A stretch of 58,554 bases of DNA from Armatimonadota bacterium (GCA_046292385.1 JBKBRF010000044.1:1-58554); one strand, 5' to 3'. Positions 9,633 to 19,983 are shown, counted from the stretch's first letter. Notes: a model not told the origin generated them from the sequence alone. Translations and numbers: made by a program.

Positions 9633-11105
9633 TCAGGCCAGCACTTCTTTGATCACGTGGCCGTGAACGTCGGTGAGGCGCATGTCGCGGCCGCCGTAGT
9701 GGTAGGTCAGCTTCTCGTGGTTGAGGCCGAGGAGGTGGAGGATCGTGGCGTTGAGATCGTAGACGGTCTGCGGGTGCTCGGCGACCCTGTAGCCGATCTC
9801 GTCCGACGCGCCGAAGATCGTGCCGCCCTTCACCCCCGCGCCGGCCAGCCAGACGGCGAAGGCGTGCGGGTTGTGGTCGCGGCCGGTGCTGCCCTCGGTG
9901 AACGGCATGCGGCCGAACTCGGTGTGGAAGACGACCAGCGTGTCGTCCATCAGGCCGCGCTGCTTCAGGTCCTTCAGCAAGGCCGCGACCGGCTGGTCCA
10001 CTTCTTTCGAGTGCATCTCGTGGTTCTTCACGATGCCGTTGTGCGCGTCCCAGTTCTGGTCGAACACCCCGCCCCCGCTGAAGATCTGCACCATCCGCAC
10101 GCCGCGCTCCACCAGGCGGCGCGCCAGGAGGCACTGCCGCCCCACGATCTCCGTCTCCGGCTTGTCGAGGCCGTACATCGACTTCGTGGTCTCGGTCTCC
10201 TGGTTGAGGTCGACCGCCTCGGTCGCCTCGGACTGCATGCGGTAGGCGAGCTCGTAGGCGCGGATGCGCGCCGCCAGCTCATCCTCGCCCGGGTTCTCGC
10301 GGAGGAACTCCTCGTTCAGCTTGCCGAGCAGGTCGAGCTGCAGCCGCTGCCGCTGCGGGGAGATGCCGGCCGGCGGCTTGAGGTTCAGCACCGGCAGGCC
10401 GCCGCTGCGGAACTGCACCCCCTGGTAGTTGGACGGCAGGAAGCCGCTGCTCCAGTTGGAGGCCCCGCCGCCGACCAGCGCGCGGGGATCGGTCATCACC
10501 ACGAACGCCGGAAGGTCCTGGTTCTCCGTCCCGAGCCCGTAGGTGACCCACGAGCCGAGCCCCGGCCGGCCGCTGAAGGTGGCGCCGGTGAGCATGTGGT
10601 AGAGCGCCGGGACGTGGTTGTTGCTCTCCGACTTCATGGAGCGGATGAGCGCCAGGTCGTCCACGCAGCCCGCGATGTGCGGGAACAGCTCCGAGACCGG
10701 CATCCCGCACTGGCCGTACTGCTGGAACTTCCACGGCGACTTCATCAGCTTCCCGGGCGCGCTGCGGCCCATCGTGTCGAAGCCGGGCCGTCCCGCCACG
10801 GAGACGCCGTCCTGCCGGTCCAGCTCCGCCTTCGGATCGAAGCTGTCGATGTGGCTCAGGCCGCCGAAGAGGAAGACCGAGATCACCCGCTTCGCCCGCG
10901 GCATGAAGTGCGGCGCCTTCGGGGCGAGCGGGTTCACCGCTTTCGCCGCCGCGGCCGGGGCCGGAGCGGCGTGTGCCAGCCGGCTGTCCGCCGCGAGCAG
11001 CGACGCCAGCGCCAGCCCGCCAATCCCGCCGCCCGCCTGCGACAGGAACTGCCGCCGCGCCATGTACCGCCCGCCCTTGCTGTAGTGGTCTTCGGATCGC
11101 ATCAC
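9633..11105 (-). CDS. DUF1501 domain protein
   Basis: RRQFL Tat-like motif, GGLSHIDSFDPK, LARRLVERGVR, WDAH, EFGRMP, RDHNP; start may be ~14 codons later. Confidence 0.92.
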   Translation of the reverse strand: MMRSEDHYSKGGRYMARRQFLSQAGGGIGGLALASLLAADSRLAHAAPAPAAAAKAVNPLAPKAPHFMPRAKRVISVFLFGGLSHIDSFDPKAELDRQDGVSVAGRPGFDTMGRSAPGKLMKSPWKFQQYGQCGMPVSELFPHIAGCVDDLALIRSMKSESNNHVPALYHMLTGATFSGRPGLGSWVTYGLGTENQDLPAFVVMTDPRALVGGGASNWSSGFLPSNYQGVQFRSGGLPVLNLKPPAGISPQRQRLQLDLLGKLNEEFLRENPGEDELAARIRAYELAYRMQSEATEAVDLNQETETTKSMYGLDKPETEIVGRQCLLARRLVERGVRMVQIFSGGGVFDQNWDAHNGIVKNHEMHSKEVDQPVAALLKDLKQRGLMDDTLVVFHTEFGRMPFTEGSTGRDHNPHAFAVWLAGAGVKGGTIFGASDEIGYRVAEHPQTVYDLNATILHLLGLNHEKLTYHYGGRDMRLTDVHGHVIKEVLA

Positions 11106-11149
11106 TCGTTCTCGATCACGGAATTCAGTGAGCCGGCTTGCTCGCGGGG

Positions 11150-11497
11150 CCTAACCCCCCAGAGTCCAGACCTGCTCCCCTTCGACAGCTCCCCTCTCCC
11201 CGCGGGAGAGGGGCCGGGGGTGAGGCCGCACCGAAGTGCCGACCTCTCGCCCCGCTGAAATCCCGGCCCTGGATCGCCGGCAGTTGACTGCCGGCGGAAC
11301 CAACCCGCGGAGTTCACTCCGCACCGCAGTGTCTCCCGTTCCGCAGCGTTCCGCCGCCCCTCCAGGGCGGATCTATTGGGCCGGCCTGAGTCCGGGGGCT
11401 GCGCTGCGCTTGCACCCCGGCTAACTTCCAGCGCCCCTCCGGGGCGCGCCGGCGTCGCGCACTCGCCCACTCGCCCACTCGCCCATTCGCCCACTCG
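11150..11497. repeat. Stack of four repeat families between PSD1 and DUF1501 genes
   Basis: CCCCTCTCCCCGCGGGAGAGGGG hairpin; GATCGCCGG.AGTTGACT unit (also 47019-47174); REP doublet (also 7633); (CACTCGCC)n octamers. Confidence 0.8.
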
Positions 11498-11502
11498 GTC
11501 CC

Positions 11503-13902
11503 CTACGGCGTGTAGACGAACTCGTTCAGGTTCAGGACCGCATGGCAGAAGTCGTGGAGACCGTTCTCCGGCTGCTGCTTCAGGAACTGTACCGCCAGGC
11601 TCTGCTCTCGCGCCGTCGGCTTGCGGCCGACCGCCAGCCGGTAGGCGCGCTCCACCTGCTTCACCGGGTCCGCTCCCGCCTCTTTCCGGATCCGCTCCGC
11701 GAACATGCCGGCCTGGCGGTGGACCAGCGGATCGTTCAGCAGCGTCAGCGCCTGGATCGGCGTGGTGGTGACGTTCCGCTTGGCGACCGAGGCGGAGACG
11801 TCCGGGCAGTCGAACACTTCGAGCTGCGGGAACGGCAGGGAGCGCTTCACCTTGATGTAGACGCTGCGCCGCCACGTCTTGGGACTGTCTTCCCCTTCCG
11901 GCCAGTTGATCCCCTGGAAGGTGTCGGCGCGCAGGCTCGGGTCGACCGGCGGGTAGACCGGCGGTCCGCCCATCTCCCGGTTCAGGCTGCCGGCCACCGC
12001 CAGGATGCTGTCCCGCACTACTTCCGCGTCGAGGCGCCGCACTTCCATCCGCCAGAGGTACCGGTTATGCCCGTCCTTCGCTTCCATGTCGGGACGGGCT
12101 TTCGTCCCCTGCCGGTAGGTGGAAGAGAGCATGATCAACCGGTGGATCGGCTTCAGCCGGTAGCCGCCGGAAATGAACTTGCGCGCGAGCCAGTCGAGCA
12201 GCTCCGGATGCGTAGGCAGGTCGCCGTTGATGCCGAAGTTGCTGGGGCTCTCCACGATGCCCCGTCCGAAGTGGTGCCGCCAGACGCGGCTCATCCAGAC
12301 GCGGTAGGTGAGCGGGTTCTTCGGGCTCGCCAGCCACTCGGCCAGCGCGCGCCGGCGGCCGGTGGTGGTGGCGGTCGCCGCCTCGGGCCCGATCACCGTC
12401 TTTCCGTCCGGCAGCGAGTGGAGGAAGCCCGGCTCCACCACCGGCCCCAGCACGTTTGCGTCGCCGCGGACGTGCAGCTTGACCGGCTCGAACTCGCGCT
12501 TCGCGTCGGTGACGGTCATCGCCTTCGGAAGCTGCGGGCGCTTGCCGTCGATCTCCTTGATCGACGCGTTCAGGCGGGTCAGCTCGGCGCGCTCCGCCTC
12601 GGGGAGCGCAGCGAGGATCTGCTCGTCGTTCGGGTTCGCGTGCCCCGCCGCTTTCGCCGCCTCGGCGCCCTTTGCCCGCAGCGGCTCCGCCTGCGCCTTC
12701 AGCGGCGCCAGCTCCCGGTCGAGCTCGGCGTTGCGGGCGTCGGCCGCGCGCTTCTCCTCCGGGGTGGGGATCTCCACCTCGCGTCGCTCCGTCGGCGCGA
12801 AGACGGCGTAGAGCCGGAAGTAGTCCGCCTGCGAGACCGGGTCGTACTTGTGGTCGTGACAGCGGGCACACCCGATCGTGAGGCCGAGCACCGCGGAGCC
12901 GGTGGTGGAGACCAGGTCGTCCACCTCGTCCGCCCGCGTCTGCGGCAGCTTCACCATCGCGAAGTCTTCCTGGCCCAGGCCAAGGTAGCCGGTGGCGACC
13001 AGCGCCGCCGGGTCTCCCGGCTTCACCTCGTCTCCGGCCAGCTGCTCCCGGATGAACTCGGGATACGGCTTGTCCTCATTGAAGCTCTGGATCACGTAGT
13101 CGCGGTAGCGCCACGCCAGCGGGCGGTCTTTGTCCCCCTCGAAGCCGGAGCTCTCGGAGAAGCGCGCCACGTCGAGCCAGTGCCGCCCCCACCGCTCCCC
13201 GTAGTGCGGGGAGGCGAGGAGGCGGTCGACTACCTTCTCGTAGGCGTCCGGCGCGGTGTCGGCAACGAAGGCGTCGACTTCCTCCGGTGTCGGCGGAATG
13301 CCAATCAGGTCGAGGTAGGCGCGGCGGATCAGCGCCGGGCGCGTGGCTGGCGGCGAGGGCGAGAGGCCGTTCGCCTTCAACTTCGCCAGCACGAAGGCGT
13401 CGATCGGGTTCTTCACCCACGGAGAGTTGAGCTTCGGAACCACCGGGATGCTCAGCGGCCGGAACGACCACCAGACCTGCTCCGCCGCCGTCTTTACCGC
13501 CTCTCCGTCCCACGGAGCGCCGCCATCGATCCACTGCTTCAGGACGGCGATCTCCGCCGCGGGAAGCTTGCCGCCGGGCGGCATCAGGGGCGTGCGCTCG
13601 CCGGTCACCAGGTGGTAGAGCAGGCTATCCGCGGACTTGCCCGGCACCAGCGAGGCGCCGCGGGTACCCCCCTTCAGCGCCGCCTCGCGGGAGCGAAGAT
13701 CGAGCTTGCCGAGCGTCGTCCCCACCCCGTGGCAGCCGAGACACCGCTTCTCCAGCACGGGGCGCACCTCGCGCTCGAAGAAGCCGGCCCCGAGCTTGTC
13801 CGCACCCGCCGCTTCCTGCGCGTGCAGCGCCGCCGCCCCCAGGCACGGGACCAGGAGCATCAGGGCGGCGAGCAGGTGGCGTCGGATCGGCACGTGGATC
13901 AT
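11503..13902 (-). CDS. PSD1/planctomycete cytochrome c domain protein (DUF1549+DUF1553)
   Basis: CLGCH and CARCHDHKYDP; NPIDAFV, YGERWGRHWLDVAR, PTHPELLDWLA, RRSVY; start set at ATG 13902 with signal peptide. Confidence 0.93.
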   Translation of the reverse strand: MIHVPIRRHLLAALMLLVPCLGAAALHAQEAAGADKLGAGFFEREVRPVLEKRCLGCHGVGTTLGKLDLRSREAALKGGTRGASLVPGKSADSLLYHLVTGERTPLMPPGGKLPAAEIAVLKQWIDGGAPWDGEAVKTAAEQVWWSFRPLSIPVVPKLNSPWVKNPIDAFVLAKLKANGLSPSPPATRPALIRRAYLDLIGIPPTPEEVDAFVADTAPDAYEKVVDRLLASPHYGERWGRHWLDVARFSESSGFEGDKDRPLAWRYRDYVIQSFNEDKPYPEFIREQLAGDEVKPGDPAALVATGYLGLGQEDFAMVKLPQTRADEVDDLVSTTGSAVLGLTIGCARCHDHKYDPVSQADYFRLYAVFAPTERREVEIPTPEEKRAADARNAELDRELAPLKAQAEPLRAKGAEAAKAAGHANPNDEQILAALPEAERAELTRLNASIKEIDGKRPQLPKAMTVTDAKREFEPVKLHVRGDANVLGPVVEPGFLHSLPDGKTVIGPEAATATTTGRRRALAEWLASPKNPLTYRVWMSRVWRHHFGRGIVESPSNFGINGDLPTHPELLDWLARKFISGGYRLKPIHRLIMLSSTYRQGTKARPDMEAKDGHNRYLWRMEVRRLDAEVVRDSILAVAGSLNREMGGPPVYPPVDPSLRADTFQGINWPEGEDSPKTWRRSVYIKVKRSLPFPQLEVFDCPDVSASVAKRNVTTTPIQALTLLNDPLVHRQAGMFAERIRKEAGADPVKQVERAYRLAVGRKPTAREQSLAVQFLKQQPENGLHDFCHAVLNLNEFVYTP

Positions 13903-14234
13903 CAGAACTTCGGCTCTCTCGGGACTATCGGTGGGAAGGCGCGAAAACAAGGCTACCGCTGCACGCGGTAGAACACGTCCTCTTTGAGACTCAGGAGGTG
14001 CCCGGGTTGCAGCTCGTCCGCCAGAAGCGGCTCTTCTCTCGGAAACCCAATACGGTTGTTGAGACGGCGCCAGCGGGGCATCGGGAGACGCGGCAGACTC
14101 GGCCGGCAATTCCGCTTTGCGAGGGTCCCGGGAGGTCACCAGAAGCCCTACCAAGCGGTGGCAAGCCACCGCACTCCACAGACTTTCCCGCTGCCGGCTC
14201 CCGCTCTCCGAAGAGAATTCCGCACAGAGACGGC

Positions 14235-14270
14235 GAGAGCCGGGGGAGGCTCTCCGCTCCCCGGCTCTCC
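14235..14270 (-). terminator. Hairpin after the ABC/DUF4340 operon
   Basis: GAGAGCCGGGG...CCCCGGCTCTC inverted repeat ~25 nt after the stop. Confidence 0.5.
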
Positions 14271-14295
14271 CGTTCGATCTTTCGCCCTCCGCGCC

Positions 14296-15672
14296 CTACT
14301 TCTTCTTGAGGGCGTCCGGTTTCACGTTCAGGTCGGTGTAGACGAACTCCTGGACTTCGAAGACGGCGTTCGGCACGCCGGCCGCGTAGTAGCCGCCGTC
14401 CGGCGTCTTCTTGCCGAGCTTGAAGACCTGCGAGCTCGGCTTGCCGGGGTTCAGCGTGACCGTGATCTCCGGCTCCGTGAGGCCGTACTTCGAGAGGTCC
14501 GCGGGCGCCTCCGCCACGTGCCGGTGGGCCGCGGCGCGGACGCTGTCGATCACCGTCTGCACGGTGGCGGTGTCCGCGGGGGTCCGGCTGGTGCCGTCTA
14601 CCCGACTCCAGTCTTCACCGGAGCGCTCCAGGCGGAGGGTGCCGTGCCGGTTCTTTAGCTCCAGGGCAGTCACGTCGTCGAGCCCGAGGGTGATCAGCTC
14701 TTTGTCGCGGAGGTCGGCCACCTGCTGGTCGAGGCCGGAGAAGGTGGTCTTCGCGACCCGCATCACCTCGCGCTCACCCTCGCGGACCGCGTAGACCTTG
14801 TCCCCTGCTTCCAGCCCGAAGTGGACCGCGTGCTGCCCGCCCTTGTCGCTCACCTGCACGGTGAGACGGGGCTGGTCCAGCCCGTACTTCGCCAGGTCGG
14901 CGGCGTTGTCGTCCGCGAAGTCGGCGGCGGAGGCGCTGCGGAGGGAGCCGAGGAACGAGCTCACGCGCACCTCGTCCGCCTTCGCCTGGAACGGCTGTGC
15001 GAGCTGCCAGTCCTCACCCTGGCGCTTCAGCTCCACGTTGCCCTGCGGGCGGCTGAGGGTGATCGATTGGATCTCGTCCTCCTCGCCCAAGGCGAGGAGC
15101 CGCTTGTCCCGCAGCGAGTCGACGGTCTTCCCCTTCAGGTCGTTCACCTGGGTGGAGGAGAGCATGAAGACCCGGCCGTTCTCCGCCGTGCGCGCGTAGA
15201 AGTTCTCGCCCGCGGCCCCCGGCGCGGTCGGCAGGTCTTTGCCGATCTGGAGCGTGCGGGTCTTGCCGTCCTTCGCCGTGAGCACCACCTCCGCCGCCGG
15301 CTTGTCGAGGCCGTAGAGGGAGAGGTCGGACGACGCGCCTTCCACCTGCTGACTCACGCTCGCGTCTTCCAGCAGGCCCTTGAGCCAGCTCTCCACCGCC
15401 TCGCCGTCGGCGCGATAGGTCGCCGGCGCCTCGAAGCGCCACCCGCCGTCCGCCTTCACCAGGGTGAACGGGCTCTCCGGGCGCTTCACTTCCACGCGCG
15501 TCACGTCGGCGGAGGTGAGGCCGGCGTAGTCGGAGACCGGGGGCGGAGCGTCCGGGTCGCGGACGGGCGCCTTCTCGTTCCAGAAGAGCGCCACACCCGC
15601 GAGCACGATCACCGCAGCGGCGATCAGGCCGCCCTTGCCCTTCAGCGGCTTGTTCTTCTTCGCCTGCGACAT
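14296..15672 (-). CDS. DUF4340 domain protein
   Basis: N-terminal TM; three repeats with DL..YGL..P and W....P...AD motifs. Confidence 0.88.
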   Translation of the reverse strand: MSQAKKNKPLKGKGGLIAAAVIVLAGVALFWNEKAPVRDPDAPPPVSDYAGLTSADVTRVEVKRPESPFTLVKADGGWRFEAPATYRADGEAVESWLKGLLEDASVSQQVEGASSDLSLYGLDKPAAEVVLTAKDGKTRTLQIGKDLPTAPGAAGENFYARTAENGRVFMLSSTQVNDLKGKTVDSLRDKRLLALGEEDEIQSITLSRPQGNVELKRQGEDWQLAQPFQAKADEVRVSSFLGSLRSASAADFADDNAADLAKYGLDQPRLTVQVSDKGGQHAVHFGLEAGDKVYAVREGEREVMRVAKTTFSGLDQQVADLRDKELITLGLDDVTALELKNRHGTLRLERSGEDWSRVDGTSRTPADTATVQTVIDSVRAAAHRHVAEAPADLSKYGLTEPEITVTLNPGKPSSQVFKLGKKTPDGGYYAAGVPNAVFEVQEFVYTDLNVKPDALKKK

Positions 15673-15681
15673 CGGTCTCCG

Positions 15682-17268
15682 TTACCTCCGCTTCAGGTAG
15701 ACGCCGATCGCCAGGAGCAGCGCGAGCAGCGGGAAGTCGAGGTAGTGGAGCAGCCGGATCATCCGGAGCTGGCCGGCGTCGACGAAGACCTGCTCCGTGT
15801 TCTCGTCCTTCGGCGGGATCGAGACGAGCGCGTCTTCCTCGCCCAGGTAGTTCACCAGCCCCGCCGCCAGGTCGCGGTTGGAGGCGCCGAGCATCTGCAC
15901 GCCCTGGTCCGTGGTGAAGGTAGTATCTCCCACCACCACCAGGCGGCCGGTCTTCGCGTCATCCCCGGTGCCGAGCTTCTTCTCCGCCACCGCGGCGACG
16001 GAGACCGCCTTCTGCGGCGCGTTCTGGATCGCCTGCTGCAGGTTCGTTTTCCCGGCCTCGAAGCTCTCCACGTGAATGGCGGTCGGCTCCGTGCGGATCA
16101 GCTCCGTCACCGTCACGCCTTCCGGCGCGGGGGTGGCCGCCTGGACACTGCGCATGGAGAGGAAGATCGCCCGCGCGCTGGCCGGGAGCGCCGCGTGCGG
16201 GCTCTGGCCGGTGTCATGCACGATGGCGCCGGTGGCGGGATCGACCACCAGGTCGTTCTGCGTCCGGATCCCCCACGGCTTCAGGAACTCCTGCAGGCTG
16301 GGTCCGCGCACGCTCAGGAAGAGCAGCACGCGGCCGCCCTTGTTCAGGTAGTCGTTCAGCCGCTTCTGCTCGTCGTCGGTGAACGGCCGCTCCGGGCCGG
16401 CGATCACCAGCACGGCGTCCTTCGCCGGGTCGAGCGCGGCGGCGTCCTTTCCGTAAAGGTCGACGGTCTCCACCTGCCACTGCAGCGTCTTCAGCTCTTC
16501 GGAAAGGAGCTGGGTGCTCAGCGCGGGGTTCGACGCGCCGGCATCCGGCGGCAGCGCCTCGCCGTGTCCCTTCAGGAAGACGACCCGCCGGGAGCTGTCC
16601 CGCGTCATCTTCAGGATCGCGCTGGTGACGTCCCGCTCCGTAAACTCGGTAATATCCTGCCGCTTCCCGTCGAGCTGCAGCACCGCGCCGGTGAGGTCCG
16701 GTCCCAGCTTCGGCAGCGGCTGCATCGCGAGGTACTGGTCCGGCCGGGCGGTGGGGTCGACCTGCTTCCACTTGAAGTTCGGCGAGGCGTCCTCGTACTG
16801 CTTCAGCAGGTCGCGCGCGCGGTCCGCGTTGCGGGCGCCGCGCGGCAGGAAGGCGGTCACCTCCACCGGCTTCGGCAGGCTCTTCAGGATGTCGCGGGTG
16901 CGGGGCGCCAGGGTGAAGCGCTGGTTCTTGGTGAGGTCCCACCGCACTTCCACCCGCCGACGCACGATCACGTTCACCACCACCAGCGCCACGATGAGCG
17001 CCAGCGCGATGAGGAAGGTGTTCAGGCCGCCGCCGCGGGTCCAGCCGCGCAGCCGGGCCCAGATCTGCGGTCCGAAGCCCCAGATCCAGGTGACGAAGAG
17101 CGCCGCGGCTCCGATGAGCGCGTAGCGGGCCCACGGATCGATCACCCCCATCGCCACCCAGCGATGGAAGCCGAAGATGAGCAGCACCAGCGACAGCCAG
17201 CCGCTGATCAGCGTCATCCACTGGTCCGCGCGGTCGGCCCGGGTCGTTGTGGGTGTAGTGTCTGACAT
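15682..17268 (-). CDS. GldG-family ABC-type auxiliary (GIFT-domain) protein
   Basis: RWDLTKNQRFTL, FLKGHGE, LVIAGP, YLNKGGR, RLVVVGD, C-terminal TM. Confidence 0.9.
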   Translation of the reverse strand: MSDTTPTTTRADRADQWMTLISGWLSLVLLIFGFHRWVAMGVIDPWARYALIGAAALFVTWIWGFGPQIWARLRGWTRGGGLNTFLIALALIVALVVVNVIVRRRVEVRWDLTKNQRFTLAPRTRDILKSLPKPVEVTAFLPRGARNADRARDLLKQYEDASPNFKWKQVDPTARPDQYLAMQPLPKLGPDLTGAVLQLDGKRQDITEFTERDVTSAILKMTRDSSRRVVFLKGHGEALPPDAGASNPALSTQLLSEELKTLQWQVETVDLYGKDAAALDPAKDAVLVIAGPERPFTDDEQKRLNDYLNKGGRVLLFLSVRGPSLQEFLKPWGIRTQNDLVVDPATGAIVHDTGQSPHAALPASARAIFLSMRSVQAATPAPEGVTVTELIRTEPTAIHVESFEAGKTNLQQAIQNAPQKAVSVAAVAEKKLGTGDDAKTGRLVVVGDTTFTTDQGVQMLGASNRDLAAGLVNYLGEEDALVSIPPKDENTEQVFVDAGQLRMIRLLHYLDFPLLALLLAIGVYLKRR

Positions 17269-17278
17269 GGCAGGTCGC

Positions 17279-18229
17279 TTAAGCCGCGCGCGTCGTGGTC
17301 AGGCCACGGATGGAGAAGAAGAGCGCGGCGATGATGATCGAGAGGTAAAGGACGAAGTCGCGCAGGTCGAGCACGCCCTGAGCGAAGTTGTCGAGCGACG
17401 CCTGCAGGTCGAGCCCCTGCAGCACCACCAGCACGCTGTGCCAGACCCAGGCGAGCCCGTGCATCAGGATCGTGCCGATCCCCGCGTTCGCCTCCAGCTT
17501 CGGCGCGTCCCCCGCCAGGTTGCGCACGATCCAGCTCAGGAGCACCACCATCGTCAGCAGGATCGCGGCGGTGGAGACCCACGCCACGATCTGGTTGCTG
17601 GTGAGCGTGGAGGTGAGCAGTCCGATCGCCAGGAAGACGGCGCCGAGCAGGAAGAGGCCGAGGTAGCCGGTCACCGCCGGACCCCACTCGCCCATCTTGC
17701 TCGCCGAGAAGCCGGCGCAGAGGATCGTCGCCACCGCCAGGAACGCCGCCGCCCAGCCGAGCGGCCGCGACTCCCGGACTACCGCCACGGTGAGGGCGAT
17801 GAGCGTGGCCGCGGTGAGGAGCAGGCCGGTGTAGGTGGGGAAGACCGCGCTCCCGCCCTGCTGCCGCACCCACCCCAGCACGAAGACGTAGGGCAGCGTG
17901 CTGAAGAGGATGACGGCGTAGAACGCCAGCGCGCCGAAGAACTTCCCCAGCACCGCCTGCGTCTCGGTGATCGGGGAAGTCATGAGCAGCTCGATGGTGC
18001 CCTGCTTCTTCTCTTCCGCCACCAGGCGCATCGTGAGCGCCGGCAGCAGGAAGACGAGCCAGATCACCATGTTCCCCACCACGTACCGCAGGCTGGCGAC
18101 GTTCGCCTCCAGCGGCGCGATGAAGAACGACGCCGTGACCAGCAAGAAGAAAAGCATCACCACGTACCCCACCGGGGACGTGACGAAGGCGCGGAACTCG
18201 CGCTCGGCTATGGTGTAGATCGATCTCAT
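17279..18229 (-). CDS. ABC-2 permease, GldF-like
   Basis: REF..F.SPVGY, PALTMRLVAEEKKQGTIELLMTSP, LTSNQIVA; start ATG 18229. Confidence 0.9.
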   Translation of the reverse strand: MRSIYTIAEREFRAFVTSPVGYVVMLFFLLVTASFFIAPLEANVASLRYVVGNMVIWLVFLLPALTMRLVAEEKKQGTIELLMTSPITETQAVLGKFFGALAFYAVILFSTLPYVFVLGWVRQQGGSAVFPTYTGLLLTAATLIALTVAVVRESRPLGWAAAFLAVATILCAGFSASKMGEWGPAVTGYLGLFLLGAVFLAIGLLTSTLTSNQIVAWVSTAAILLTMVVLLSWIVRNLAGDAPKLEANAGIGTILMHGLAWVWHSVLVVLQGLDLQASLDNFAQGVLDLRDFVLYLSIIIAALFFSIRGLTTTRAA

Positions 18230-18242
18230 CGGTCGGTATCTC

Positions 18243-18396
18243 GCCACCGGGCGGTTGAAACCGCGGCAACAACAGCACGAAGTTTTAACCCCCGTACGGG
18301 GGTCCCCCTCCGGGGACTAACACGGCCCAGTTCGGGCGTCCGGAGGACGCGTGGCCGAAGGCCGTCCAGCGAGGGATTTCAATCCCTCGCCGCCCC
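18243..18396. repeat. ~150-nt composite REP element
   Basis: Near-identical inverted copy at 43120-43256; palindromes CGGTTGAAACCG and CGAGGGATTTCAATCCCTCG. Confidence 0.85.
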
Positions 18397-18408
18397 TGCC
18401 ACGGCACA

Positions 18409-19347
18409 TCAAGCGGCAACTGGCTCGCGCTTCGCCCCCGTGATCTGGAGGAAGATGTCCTCCAGGGTCGGCTCGATCCGGTCGAGGGCGCGGAGGCCCC
18501 AGCCGGCTTCGACCACGGTGGCGGCGAGCTGGTCACGCAGATCGACGTCCCGGTCGCTCTCCACGATGAAGCGGCCGTCGTCCAGGTGCTCCACCCGCTG
18601 CACGCCGGAGATCGCCTCCAGGCGGGCGCGCACCGCTTCGGCGGGGCCGGCCACCTCCAGCCGCAGGCGCTGCACGCTCTGCACGGTGGCGGTGAGGTTC
18701 TGCGCCGTGTCGACCGCCACCAGGCGTCCCTGGTGAATGATGACGATCCGGTCCGCCAGCATCTGCGCCTCGTGGAGGATGTGGGTGCTCAGGATGACGG
18801 TGTGGTCGCCGCGGAGGCCCTGGATCAGGTGGCGGATCTCGATGATCTGCTCCGGATCGAGGCCCTCGGTCGGCTCGTCCAGGATCAGGATCTTCGGGTT
18901 GTGGACCAGCGCCTGCGCCAGCGCCACGCGGCGGCGGAGCCCCTTGGAGAGCTTGCCGATGATCCAGTCGCGGCGCCCGGCGATGTGCACCGCCTCCATG
19001 ATCTCGCTCACCCGCTTCTCCACCGCTCCCCCCGGCACGCCGCGCAGGCGGGCGCAGAAGGCGAGATAGCCGCGCACCGTCATGTCGTCGTAGAGCGGGG
19101 CGGTCTCCGGCAGGTAGCCGATCTGGCGGCGCGCCTCCACCGAGTCCTCCCGGATGTCGGCGCCGTTGATGCGCACGGTGCCGGAGGTCGGCGCCATGAA
19201 GCCGGTCATGATGCGCATCGTCGTCGTCTTACCGGCGCCGTTCTTCCCCAGGAACGCCAGGATCTCTCCCTCGCGCGCCTCGAACGTGACGCCGTCGATG
19301 GCGAGCATGTCGCCATACCGCTTGGTGAGGTTGTCGACTTCGACCAA
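18409..19347 (-). CDS. ABC transporter ATP-binding protein, GldA-like
   Basis: Walker A GKNGAGKT, LSKG signature, ILDEPT, STH; TTG start with GAGGAG RBS. Confidence 0.93.
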   Translation of the reverse strand: MVEVDNLTKRYGDMLAIDGVTFEAREGEILAFLGKNGAGKTTTMRIMTGFMAPTSGTVRINGADIREDSVEARRQIGYLPETAPLYDDMTVRGYLAFCARLRGVPGGAVEKRVSEIMEAVHIAGRRDWIIGKLSKGLRRRVALAQALVHNPKILILDEPTEGLDPEQIIEIRHLIQGLRGDHTVILSTHILHEAQMLADRIVIIHQGRLVAVDTAQNLTATVQSVQRLRLEVAGPAEAVRARLEAISGVQRVEHLDDGRFIVESDRDVDLRDQLAATVVEAGWGLRALDRIEPTLEDIFLQITGAKREPVAA

Positions 19348-19665
19348 TACGGATCTCCTCGCGGCCGGGCGCCGGCAGCCGGCGCGCGTGGACCGCCCAA
19401 TCAGAGAAGCAAACCGCCAGCGTGGGCGGCGAAGGGACCCGCGGTGCGGGGGACATCGGCGGCCGAGGACTGCGGCCCGCGCGGAAATGTCCACGTAATC
19501 TTACGCCGATCGCGCTTCCACGGTTCCGAGCGGCGGCCAGGCACCCGGACGGTCTCCGAGCAGCTCACCAGAAAATGATGGAACCTGCCTGTCGCCGTGG
19601 GGTTCTTCTCGCCAGGACAACGATTTCCCCGCTCCCGGCGAGGGATGGAGATAGTGAGGACCACG

Positions 19666-19983
19666 ATGAACATGAAGCGGCTCTACTCCAGCGCCCTGGC
19701 GGCCGTGATGGCCATAGGAATTCTCTTCGCGGGCGCCGCCCCGGCCGCCGCCGATCATAACAAGGCGAGCAGCAAGGAGAAGGCCTACCGGCTCGGCACC
19801 TACGCGCTCGGCGGCCTGACCGCCTACGGCTTGGTGAAGAAGAAGGGCACGCTCGCCCTCGTCGGCGCCGCCGGCACCTACCTGGCCTACCGCGGCTGGA
19901 AGAACGAAGTGAACGAGCGCCACGAGCGCCGCCGCGACGGCCGCAACTACCGCCGGCACGACCGCCGCGCCCGCCGCCGGTAA
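19666..19983 (+). CDS. Small secreted/membrane hypothetical protein
   Basis: Signal peptide ending AAA-D, two Gly/Ala-rich segments, Arg-rich tail; host-like codon use. Confidence 0.75.
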   Translation: MNMKRLYSSALAAVMAIGILFAGAAPAAADHNKASSKEKAYRLGTYALGGLTAYGLVKKKGTLALVGAAGTYLAYRGWKNEVNERHERRRDGRNYRRHDRRARRR

